A DNA stretch of 64,000 nt, from contig JABVCE010000025.1 in NCBI GenBank assembly GCA_014905635.1, positions 124,001-188,000 of the forward strand. Reading direction: 5' to 3'. Below are positions 22,901-33,578 of this stretch, in pieces (the stretch's first letter is position 1; every line of letters begins with the position of its first letter). A model generated the notes under the pieces. The model saw only the letters and a program-made list of their open reading frames with translations, made no database searches and had not been told where the DNA came from. The position numbers were made by a program, and so were the translations under genes. Source of the DNA: Scenedesmus sp. PABB004. Lineage: Eukaryota.

Positions 22901-25900
22901 ACGGCGCGGCAGAGGCCCGCGATGCGCGCCGCGCCGGCCTTGAACTCGCTGACCGTGGCGTCGGCGAGGCGGCAGTGCTTGCGCGCCTCGCGCGCGTACG
23001 CGTCGAGCGCGCTGCGCTCGCTCAGCCAGGTGAGCTTGGACACGCCGGGCATGATGCGGCGGTCGAGCGCGCGGATGCGGTCGCTGAACAGCAGCCGCTC
23101 CTCGCTGTCGAGCGCGGTCAGCACCTGCGCGCCCGGCGGCGGCGCCCGCGGCGGTCGCGCGCGGGCGGGCCGCCCGAGCGCGGCGGCCCGCCCGGGCGCC
23201 GCGCGCAGCACGGCCGCCCCCGGCGGCAGTCGGCGCCGCCGCCGCCGCCGCGCCTTGTTGTACTCGCGCGTGACGGTGAGCATGTTGTCGCGCAGCACGC
23301 GGTGCTTCTCGCGCTGCGCCTGGATCTCCATCGCGACGTACGGCACCGCCATGCGCAGCCGCTCCCAGTGTGCGACCTCCTGGCTCATCGCGAGCAGGCC
23401 GCGGTCAAAGTTCATCGACAGCAGCCCGCCTGGCGGCGGCGGCGGGGCGGGCCGCGCGGGGCGGCGGTCAAGCAGCTGCACAGCGAGCGCCCGCGACCGC
23501 CGTGAGGCCCCGCGCGGCGCCGCTGCGGGGCGGGGCGGGCGGCTCACGGTCGGCGCGGTCCTGCACGAGCAGGCTGTTCTGCAGCGCCTTGGCCATGCCC
23601 GCGTCGATGGTGTTGAACCACTCGGTGTGCGTGTTGACGATGAACTGCTGCATCGCCTGGTGCGCCAGCGCGTACGCGTTCAGCGCCTCGGCCTCCTCCG
23701 GCACCGCCGGCAGCATGTGCCTCACCGCCAGCAGCGCGCCGTGCGCCTGCTCCAGCCGCCACTTCAGCGCCGCGGCCGACCTGCACGGGCGCGCACGCGC
23801 ACGACAGCGGCCAGCCGCGTCGGCAGCCGGGCCGGCCCGGGGCGCGGCCGCCGGCCGCCCCTCGCCCCTGCCCGCTCGCTCTCGGCCGCTCCCGCCACGC
23901 CGCCGGCGCCCGCCCGTGCCCGCCCGCCCGCGCCCCCGCCCGCACGCGCACCTGGCGGCGCCGGCGTACTTGGGCATGTGTGGGCTGCCCGGCCCCGCCT
24001 GGCCGCGGCGCAGCGCGTCAAAGTGGCGCTTCGCGGCGTTGACCTCGCCAACAAACGCGGCGTAGAAGCGCGACGTGTGCCGCGACACGGCGCGGCGCAC
24101 GGCGTCGCGCTTCGCGGCGAGGCCGAAGCCCTCCAGCAGCTCCAGCGCCGCGCCGAGGCTGGGCGCGGCGCTGAGCGCGCGGTCCATGACGCTCTCGAGC
24201 ATCACCTCCAGGTCGCGCACGCCCGCGCGGAAGGACGTGAAGTCATCGTACCACCTGGGCGCCGCGGCGCGGCGAGGCGCGCACGTGTGCGGCGGCAGGC
24301 AGGCCCCCCCCCCCCCGCCCCGCGCTCCCCGGCCAGCAGGCGAAGAGCGCTCACTGCGCGGCCTTGATGTCGAGCACGTCGTACGGCAGGCCCCGCAGCC
24401 CCGCGAGCAGGCTGCGGAACGAGGCCTGGATGTCGGCGACGCTCTTCTCGACCTCGCCGCCGCGCGCGCCGCCAAATGCGGGCAGGCCCGCGCTCGGCGC
24501 AAACTGCAGCTGCGCCTCGCACACCTCCAGCAGGTCGGCGCAGCGCTGCATGAACGCGTCCATCGTGGCAAAGAGGCTGCTCGTGTCAAACGCCCACGGC
24601 GACGCGCAGTGCGCTGCGACGCCGGCCGCGGCGCGCTCGTAGCAGGTGCGCCACGCGGCGCCTGCGCGCGCGAGGGCGGCGGGGGCGGCCGTTCAGCGCC
24701 GGCGCGGGCGGCGGCGCCCGGGCGCGCTGCGTGCTGCGCGCGCTGCGCGGCGGCCGCGGCCAGCGGCCGGCCCGCGCGGCGCCGCCGCACCCGCGGCGAC
24801 GCTCTGCTGCAGCACCTCCATGGCCCCCGCGACGTCGCCGCCGAAGACGTCGCCCAGCACGAGCGCCGCGGCGCAGCGATTGATCACCTCGTTGGCGAGC
24901 GCGCGCAGCAGCCCCGCGATGCGCTCGGGCGTGTTGTAGAAGCGCGAGAGGTCCCACACCAGGCGCACGCAGTCGAGCAGGTGCGGCAGCAGGCTGGGGA
25001 GCTCGGGCGGGCGCGCGCGCGCGAGCTCCGCGCACGGGCCCTCGAGCACCGCCAGGAAGCGCACGTTGTCCTGCGCCGCTGCCGCCTCGGCGCGCACGCG
25101 CTGCGCGAGCTCCAGGAAGGGCGGCAGGTAGCTCGACCCCGCCAGCGACAGCACCGAGAGCATGTCGGCGGCCTGCGCGCGCGTGCGCGCGGCAGGGCGC
25201 AGGCGGCCGTGGCCCAGGGCCCCGTCGCACGCGCGTCCGTGCCCGCCCTGGCCCGCCCCGCCCCGCCGCGGCTGCACCTGCGCGCCCTCCAGCTGCTCGG
25301 CGATGCTGCCGAGGTCGAGCGCGCGCGCGCTCCAGAACGCGACCTCCGCGAGCGGCCCCGCGCGGTCGCCGGCGCCGCCGGCGTCGGCGGCGTCGGCGCG
25401 GTGCAGCACCGACGTGAGCTGGCGGCTCCAGTGCATGAGCGTCGCCTCGAGGCGCTGCGTGAGCGCGCGGTCGCGCGCCGCCGGCTGCGCGGCGCCGCCG
25501 CCGAGGCGCTCGCCGGGGAGGTACAGCAGCGTGTCGCCGCGCGCCTCGTGCACCGCCTCGGTCAGGCCGGCCATGAAGCGGTGCGTCGCCGCGAGCACCT
25601 CGGCCCGCACCGCGTCGGGCCACGCGCCGCCGCTCGCGACCTGGGGCAGGTACACGCCCGCCATGAGGCGCAGCAGCGGCTCCATGCCGCCCGCGAGACC
25701 CGGGCCCGGACCGCCGCTGGCGCCGCTGGCGCTGGCGCTGGCGCCGCTGCTGGTGCTGGTGCCGCCGCCGCCCTTGAGCACGCCAAACTGCACTACGTCA
25801 GCGATGTTGCCCCGCGTGACGAAGCGGGTGGCGTCCTTGACAAAGTAGGCCATCTGGGCGGAGGGCGGGCAGGGCAGGGCGCACAGGGGGCGCGGGCGGG

Positions 25901-26592
25901 CGGCTCGCTGCGCGAGGCTGATCGCGCCGCGCGCGGCGGGGGGCGGCCGTCGTCGCGCCGCTGCACGCCGCCGCGCGCCGGCGGCCGCACCCGGTGGTAC
26001 TCGGCGGGCAGCTCGTGCACGAGGCTGAACCCCGCGTCGTCGGGCCGCCGCACCACCGCCAGCAGGCGCGCCACCTGCGCGGCGCGCGGCGGCGCTGCGC
26101 GCGTGAGCGGCTGCGTCTCGACCCGCAGGGCCGCTGGCACCAGCGCGCGGCGCCGCGCCACGCCGCGCCTTGAGGCTGGTCAGGAAGGTGGCGATGGGCG
26201 GCTCGTGCGCGGCCGGCCGCCACGCGCTCGCCAGCCAGTCCTGGTCGCCGCCGGCGTCGTCGCCGCCGCCGCGCAGCAGCTGCAGCGCGGCAGGCGGAGG
26301 GTGGGCGCGTGAGCCTGGCGGGCGCCGCCGCGCGTGCGCGCGCGGGAGGCTGCCACCGCACCAGCTGCAGCTTGCTCCTGACCCAGGCCAGGCAGGCGGG
26401 GTCCAGCGCCGGCGCGCCACCCTGCGGCGCGCGCGCAGTAGCGGCGCGCGGCCCGCTCGGCGGCCGCTCCCGGCCGGCCGGGGCTCCTGCGCGCGCCAGC
26501 TTGGCGTCGCGTGCGCCGCCCACCTCGACCTTGACCTCCTCGCCCCAGGGCACCGCCTGCTGCGGGCCCGCTGGGCCGCACGCTGCCGCCAT
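4986..26592 (-). CDS. DHC10: Axonemal inner-arm dynein I1/f heavy chain 1-beta (Chlamydomonas DHC10/IDA2, DNAH2 orthologue), full length, about 66 exons
   Basis: ATG 26592; N-terminus [12 protein letters not shown]-loops [55 protein letters not shown]. Also [27 protein letters not shown], stalk coiled coil, C-terminal [15 protein letters not shown]. About 65 introns traced by hand. Confidence 0.93.
5974..6011. repeat. Poly-C plus (CA)n microsatellite at the donor end of a dynein intron
   Basis: Directly visible. Confidence 0.85.
6125..6173. repeat. (GCAGCAGCG)n microsatellite at the acceptor end of a dynein intron
   Basis: Directly visible; same unit as 965..1058. Confidence 0.85.
11343..11410. 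repeat. Degenerate 10-12 bp tandem repeat GGCCA(AAA)CTC(A), 4 copies, in a dynein intron
   Basis: GGCCACCTCA GGCCAAAACTC GGCCAAAACTCA GGCCAACTCA, preceded by AGCACTC x2. Confidence 0.8.
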
Positions 26593-26971
26593 GGCGCCGC
26601 CGCCGCGCCCGGCGCCCCCGCGGGGCCGCTCAGCGTCCGCAGCGGGCGGACGCCATCGCGGGAGGCGTTCTGCACTGTGGCAGTCGTAGCACGCGCCGGG
26701 CACCGAGTTTGAGCACGGCGCTGCGGGTCAAGGCCAGCAGATTTCGTCGCACTCCCTGCTCGCTGCGCGTGCGTGTGCCGGACCTTGCGTGTCGCCCGGC
26801 GCCCTAGAGAAGTGCAGGCTCTGCTGTGAGCAGCTGCAGCCCGCAGCAGGCGGCCGGGACCTGGGCGCAGGCGGCGGGGCCCGGGCCGCGGCCGCCGCGG
26901 CGCACGAGGCCCTCGCCGCGCCGCCAGTGCTCGCACAGCCTCGCCGCCGCACGCCCGCGCGCCCCCTGGAC

Positions 26972-27401
26972 ATGCTGCCGCGCGCGCCGGCGACGGCGCT
27001 CGCCCGCCGCTGCAGCAGCGCGGCGCGGCGCGGCGCTCCCGCGGCTGTGCCGCCCCGCGCCTCCGCCTGCGCGTGCGTGACCTGCGATCGCGCGTGCGGC
27101 GGCGGTGCCGGCGCGCGGAGACCGCACGGCGCCGCTGCCGGCCGGCAGCAGCGGTTGCGCGGGAGCGGCAGCGGCGCCCCGCCGCCGCGCCGGCGGCGTG
27201 TCGCCGTCGCGGCGGCGGGCGAGTCCGGCCGCCCCGAGACGGCGGCGGTGGTGGAGTACCTGTGGCTGCTGCGCGCGGCGCCGGGCGTCGGCGGCGAGGA
27301 GGTGGAGGCGCTGCTGGACGGGCTGTGGAGCCTGCAGTTCATGGTCCCGTCGATCATGTACGCCGCCGCCGGCACGGTGACGCAGTGCACGCTCTGCGTC
27401 G

Positions 27402-27449
<48 letters not shown>

Positions 27450-28093
27450 CAGCGGCAGCAGGCGCTGCGGCTGGCGCGCCGCCGGAGCAGCAGCAGGAAC
27501 CCGGCGGCGCCGGCGGGTTCAGCCACGCGGTGCACTACCGCCTCAGCAGCCGGCTCGCGCTGGAGGGCCTGCTGCGCCACCCGCTCATGGCCGCGGCCAA
27601 GGAGCAGGTGCGCGGCGCGTGCACGGAGAGCGCGGAGGTCGTGTTTGAGGGCGCCGTCGCGAAGCGGCTCGAGGCGCTCTTCCGCCGCGGCGACGAGTTT
27701 GCGGCGGGCGTGGAGCACGTGCTGCTCCTGCAGCCCGGCGCGGGCGGCGGCGCCGGCGCGGACGCGTTCCTCGCCCGCCTCGCGGCGCTCGCGGAGAGCA
27801 GCGTCGCGGGCGGCATCCAGGCCTCGCACGGCGCCGTCATCTCGTGCGCGCACACGGCGGCGAGCCACGTGCTCATGACGCGCTTTGCGCACGCGGGCCA
27901 GGTGGGGCAGCTGCTCGCGACGCCCGCGGCCGCGGCCGTGCTCGCGCGCGACCCGCGCGTGCCGGTCGTCGCGGCGGCGAGCCTCTCCGTCGCCATCGCG
28001 CCGACCGAGGACCAGACGCGCGTCGAGGGCGCCGGCGGCGCGGGCGGCCCGCTCGCGCCGCCGGGGCGGCGCGGCCTCGACGACCTGCTGTGA
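26972..28093 (+). CDS. Stress-responsive A/B barrel (tandem Dabb) protein, probably chloroplast-targeted, apparently intronless
   Basis: ATG 26972, Arg/Ala-rich presequence. VVEYLWLLRA...LLDGLWSLQF, FSHAVHYRL, LFRRGDEFAAGVEHVLLL and SHVLMTRF match the two Dabb repeats of the plant plastid family. TGA 28091-28093. Start uncertain. Confidence 0.75.
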
Positions 28094-28286
28094 CGCAGCG
28101 CTGTGAGCTCCCTGTTAACTGGCGCTGGTGCCCCGAGCCCTGCCGGCCGCGGCCGCCGCCGCCTGCGCCCCGAGCCTGCGCGCTGCGCCGCCGCCGTCCT
28201 CGCGCCGCCGGCCGCCAGCCGCCGCCGCGCCGTGGTCGCCTCCAGATTCGCCTCAGCTCTCCTGCCTGCCTGCAGCGCTCGCGACC

Positions 28287-30878
28287 ATGGCAGCCCTGCT
28301 GCCGCGCCAGGCTGCTGCGCGCCTGGCGGGCCGCCCCGCGCCGGCGCCTGTCCCGCGCGCGGCGCGCCTGGCCCGCGCGCGTGTCGTGCCGGCCAGCACG
28401 GAGCTGCCGCCGGCGCCGGTGGTGGACCAGGAGGGCGAGGACGCGGGGCACTGCGGCATGGACGGTGCGGCCGCGCCTGGCGCGGGGCCGCGGGGGCCCT
28501 GGGGGTCGCGTGCGGGCGCTCACGCCGTGCCGCGCGCCGTCACAGGCACGGTGCTCGTCCGGGAGGCCCCCCAGGGCGTGCAGCGCAACGGGAAGCGCTA
28601 CCACATCCACACCTTTGGCTGCCAGGCGAGCTGCGGCGCGCCCGCGCTGCCGCACGCCCCGGGCGCGCGCGGGCAGCTGGAGACAACTCTCCCACAGCTG
28701 AGGGCGATGCCCGCCCAGCAATGCGGCGCGCCGGCGCCAGCAGCGGCGGCAGCGGCGCCGGCCGCCGCTGCTCGCGCCCGCGCCCACGCGCGCCGCCGGC
28801 GGCGCAGATGAACCTGGCCGACTCGGAGCGCATGGCGGGCGTGCTGGAGGCGGTGGGCTACGAGTGCAGCGAGGACCCGGCAAAGGCGGACGTGCTCATC
28901 TACAACACGTGCAGCATCCGCGAGAAGGCAGAGGTCAAGGTCTACTCGGCGCTCGGCAAGCAGGTGCCCAGCAGCAGCAGCAGCAGCAGCAGCAGACGCG
29001 CCGCGCCGCGGGACACCGCCGCGCCGCGGGGCGAGCCGGCGGCAGCGCGTGCCGCGGCAGCGGTGGGCGCGGCGCGGCCCGCCGACGCGTGTCGCCGCAT
29101 GTGCGTGCGTGCGAATGCCGCAGGCCAAGCGCAAACGCGCGCGCATGGGCGACCTCAAGATCGTGGTGGCGGGCTGCGTGGCGCAGCAGGAGGGGCAGCA
29201 GCTGCTGCGCCGCGTGCCGGAGGTGGACCTGGTCATGGGTGAGCGAGGGCGCAGGGGCGCGGGACGGCGGCGCGGCGGGGCGCGGCTGGCGGCGGCGCGC
29301 GGGCGGGGCGCCGGACGCGGTGGCGGCCCGCCGACGCGCGTGCCGCGCTGCGCGCCCGCAGGCCCGCAGTTTGCCAACCGGCTCGACCAGCTGCTGGAGC
29401 AGGTGGACCAGCAGGGCAGCCAAGTCTGCGCGACGGAGCAGATCGAGGTGCGCAGCACCGCCGCGCACGCGCGCCACGCGCCGCTTGCGGCAGGGGCTGT
29501 CGGGCGCGCGCGGCCGGCCGGCTGGCCAGCCACCCACGCCGCGCCGCGCCCGCGCCCGGGCCGCCGCAGATCAGCGAGGACATCACGGTGCCGCGGCGCG
29601 ACAGCGCGCTGACCGCGTGGGTCAACGTCATCTACGGCTGCAACGAGAAGTGCACCTACTGCGTCGTGCCCTTCACGCGCGGGCAGGAGCAGAGCCGGCG
29701 CGTGGAGGAAGTGCGGCGCGAGATGCTCGCGCTCGGCGAGGCGGGGTACAAGGAGGTCACGCTGCTGGGGCAGAACGTGGACGCGTACGGCCGCGACCTG
29801 CCGGGCATGGCGCCCGACGGCAGCGGGCGGCGCGCGCACACGTTCACCGACCTGCTGCGCGCCGTGCACGACGTGCCCGGCATCGAGCGCATCCGCTTCG
29901 CGACCTCCCACCCCCGCTACTTCACGGGTGCGCCGCGCCGCGCTGCGCCGCGCGCGCTGCGCCACCCTCGGCCTCGCCCTCGGCCCGTGCCGCCGCCGCT
30001 GGTGCGCCCGGCGCCGCCCCGCTGACTGGTGCGCGGCGGCCCCGCAGACCGCCTGGTGCGCGCGTGCGCGGAGCTGCCCAAGCTGTGCGAGTTTTTCCAC
30101 ATCCCCTTCCAGTCTGGCGACGACGACGTGCTGCGCCGCATGGCGCGCGGCTACACGGCGGCGCGCTACGTGAGCATCATCGACAACATCCGCCGCCACA
30201 TGCCCGACGCCTCCATCAGCGGCGACGCGATCGTGGGCTTCCCGGGTGCGGCGGCGGCGGCGGCGGCGCTGCGCTGCGGCGCTGTGGCGGCGCGGGGCGA
30301 CGCGCGCGCGCGCGGGGCAGAGAGGGGCCGCCCGGCGCGCGCTCGCGAGCTCATCACGCCCGCGGCCCCCCGGCGTCGCGCGCACGGGCGCGCGCGCAGG
30401 CGAGACGGAGGAGCAGTACCTCGCGACCGAGGCGCTCGTGCGCGCGGTCGGCTTTGACCGCGTCAACACCGCCGCCTACTCGCCGCGCCCAAACACGCCC
30501 GCCGCGGAGTGGGAGGGCCAGGTCGCCGACCTCGTCAAGGCGGACCGCCTCAACCGGCTCAACGCGGTCGTGAACGAGGTCGCGACGGAGCGCGCGCAGC
30601 GCTTTGCGGGGCGCACGCTCGAGGTGCTCGTGGAGGGCCCCAACCCCAAGGCCGCAGGCCAGGCGTGCGGGCGCATCCGGCACAACAAGCTCGTCTACTT
30701 TGACGGCGACGGCGACGCGCTGCGGGGGCAGCTCGTGGCGGTCAAGGTCGGGCACTGCAACGCGTACAGCCTCTTCGGCGACCTCGTCGAGGTGCTGCCG
30801 CCGCGCGCGCCGCTGCCGCACGCAGGCGCCGCCGCCGCCGCCGCCGCGCCGCCGCCGCCGCCGCTCGTGGCGGCGTGA
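28287..30878 (+). CDS. miaB: tRNA-2-methylthio-N6-dimethylallyladenosine synthase (radical SAM methylthiotransferase), organelle-targeted, 8 exons
   Basis: [36 protein letters not shown], radical [49 protein letters not shown] and a C-terminal TRAM domain. Confidence 0.95.
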
Positions 30879-30978
30879 CGCGCGAGCGCCGGCCGCGCGG
30901 CGCGGCGCAGCCAGCAGGCGCTGGCGGCGGCGGCGCGTGCGCGTTGGGGCGCCGGGTGGCGCAGATGCCCTTTGTGTC

Positions 30979-30983
30979 TGTAA
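30979..30983 (+). promoter_or_regulatory. TGTAA green-algal polyadenylation signal of miaB
   Basis: TGTAA about 100 nt after the stop; established chlorophyte poly(A) motif. Confidence 0.7.
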
Positions 30984-31176
30984 CACGCTGTCAACAGCGC
31001 GGGCGGCGAGAGAGAGAGAGCGCCTCAAGCCGGTTACTCAGCCCGAGCCCCGAGCCCCCTGGAAAATGGACAGCTGTCCGGGGAATCTCCGCCGCGGCTG
31101 CCGTCCGGAGCTACCGTGCCGCCTCGCACGCGCACGTGCGCGCGCGGCCGCCTCCGCCTCCCCGTCGCGCTGCCCC

Positions 31177-32312
31177 TCACTCCGCGTTGTCCGGCTTGGT
31201 CGCCGCCTTGCTCGCGCTCGTGCGGCGGGAGCGGCGCTTGGGCGGCGCGGCGGCCGCGACAGCCGCGGCGGCCTCGCCCGCCGAGGGCACGGCCTTGAGG
31301 CCGGCGAGCTGCTGCTTCACGCGCTTGAGCTCCTGCTCCACGGCCGCGCTGCGCTCGCGCTCCTGCGCCGCGGCGGCGGCGGCGGCGTCGGCCTTGGCGC
31401 TCGCCTCGCGCACCGCCTCGGCCGCGGCGTCCTCCGCCTCCTCCACCAGCATCGCCGCCTGCGCGCGGTACTCGGCCGCCGCGCGCTCAACGCTCGCCGC
31501 CGCGACGGCGGGCCCCTTGCTCGCCTCGGCCTGCGCCGCAGCGAGCTCGCGCTTGGCCTCGGCCGCCTCGGCCGCCGCGCTCTCAAAGTCGAGCTCCGCC
31601 GTCGCGAGCTGGCTGCGAAGCGCCGCGGCCTGCGTGTGCGCCTGCTCCAACTGCTGCGTCAAGCCAACCACCTTCTCGCCGTCGGCCTGCGCCGCCGCGA
31701 GCTCGGCGGCGAGGTGCGCCGCCTCTGCCTTGGCGGCGTCGAGCGCGGCCTGCAGGCCGCCCACCGCGGCCGCCGCCTCGCGCGCGGCCGCGAGCTCGCG
31801 CTGCGCCGCCGCGAGCTGCTCCGCCGCTGCGTCGGCCTCCGCCCTGAAGTGGTTGGCCTTCTCCCGGGCCTTGTCCAGCGCCGCCGCGTCCTCGCGCGCG
31901 CGCGTCTGCGCCTCCACTAGCTCGCGCGCCGCCGCCTCCTGGCTGTCGCGCAGCTTGGCGGCCACGGCCTCGAGCTTCCCGAGCGTCAGCGCCGCCTCCT
32001 TGGCCTCGTCCTGCGCGGTGCCAGGCGTGGGCGGGTGAACGCGGGCGCGCGGCGGAGGCGTGAGCCGCGAGCAGGGAGAGGCAGCGACCGCCCCCTCGGC
32101 GGCCGCCGCGCGGCGACGCCCTCCCTCAGGCGCCGCCGCCGCACCTGGGCCTTGAACATCGAGCTCTTGGCCTCCTGCAGCTGCGTCTCCGACGCGTCCA
32201 GGTGCTGCGTGAGCCGGTCCATCTGCTTCTCGGCGTCGGCCTTGGCCGTGAGCGCGGCAGCCAGCGCCGACTCCTTCTCACCCAGCGACGCCTGCGCCGC
32301 AGCGACCTGCAC

Positions 32313-32353
<41 letters not shown>

Positions 32354-33357
32354 AGGCGCGCGGAGTGGGGCGCCGCACGCCCGCCAGGCCACGCACGCGG
32401 GGGCGGCGCCGCCCCGACCCCGGCCCCCGCCCCACCCCGCCGCGGCCGCGCCTGCGCCTGCAGCGCCTTGCCGGCCTCCTCAGCGGCGGCGAGCTTGCCG
32501 CGCAGCTCCGTCGCCGCAGCGTCCTTGGACTCAGCGGCCGCCTGCGCCGCCGCCAGCGCGGCCGCGCCCTGCGCGACCTGCTTGCGCAGCCCCTCCAGCT
32601 CGCCCTGCAGGCGCTGGCTCGCCGCCGCGGCGGCGCCCATCTCGGTGCGCGCGCGCACGGCGCCGGCCTCGGCCGTCGCCTTGTCGGCGGCCGCCGCCTT
32701 GGCGGCGCTCTGCGCCGCCGCGAGCGCGCCGCTGAGCTGCCCCAGCTGCTTGGCGGCGGCGGCCTTCACGCCCGACAGCTCCGTGTTGGCCGCCGCGAGC
32801 TGGCCCGACACCGCCGCGAGGCGGCCCTCCAGGCCCTCCAGCTGGCCCTTGGCCGTTGCCGCGGCCGCGGCCGCGGCCGCCGCCTCGCCCTGCGCCGCCG
32901 CGAGCGCGCGCTCGAGCTGGCTGCGCTCCTGCTTCAGCTGCGCCGCCTCGGCCTGCTTGGCCGCGAGGTCGGCCTGCGCCTTGGCCGCGCCCGCCGCGCC
33001 CGCCTCCGCCTTGGTCAGCGCCGACGCCTTGGCCGCCAGCGCGGCCTGCAGCTCCTCCACGCGCGCCGCGAGCGCGCCCGCGTCGGGCGCGGCGGGCGCC
33101 GCCGCCGCGGCGGGCGCGCCGCCGCCGGCCGCGGGCGCGGCGCCGGCGCCGCGCGCGAGCATGGCACCCGCGCCCAGGGCCGCGCCCACGGCCAGCGCCG
33201 CGGCGTCGCCGGCCAACTCGGGCAGCGCGGCCACACGGTGCTGCGCCCGGCCCGGGGCGGGCCGCACGGGCCCCGAGAGCGCGCGCGGGGCCTTCCCGGC
33301 GCGGAAGGAGGTGCCGGAGCGCGCCGACGCGGCCGGCGAGAGGCTGAGCGGCGCCAT
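31177..33357 (-). CDS. Long Ala-rich coiled-coil protein with a putative chloroplast transit peptide and one hydrophobic segment, 3 exons
   Basis: ATG 33357 MAPLSLSPAASARSGTSFRAG..., then AAALAVGAALGAGAML, then several hundred residues of heptad-like sequence. Introns near 32012..32144 (GT) and 32307..32451 (GC). Confidence 0.7.
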
Positions 33358-33578
33358 GGCGATCGGAGGCGGCTGTGATGGGATCGAGGGAACCTCCTCC
33401 TGCTCACCACGGCCCAATTGTCCGGAGCAGCGGCTGAGATCGCGGCTTGGTGCGCCGGGGGCACGCTGGGAGGGCGGTCGCGGCGGGGCACGCGGGTGCA
33501 GTTGAAGCGCGCGACGAGCTGCCGACAACCGCTGCCGCCGCCGCGCGGCCCCGCCCGCCGCGCAGCAGCGCCGCCCGC

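Noticed and set aside
4986..26592. Dynein as a fragmented pseudogene or prokaryote-style gene cluster
   Set aside because: All breaks examined are explained by GT-AG or GC-AG introns that restore conserved motifs.
28287..30878. miaB as a recent bacterial horizontal transfer
   Set aside because: It has a targeting presequence, seven host-style introns and host codon usage; endosymbiotic origin is the ordinary explanation.
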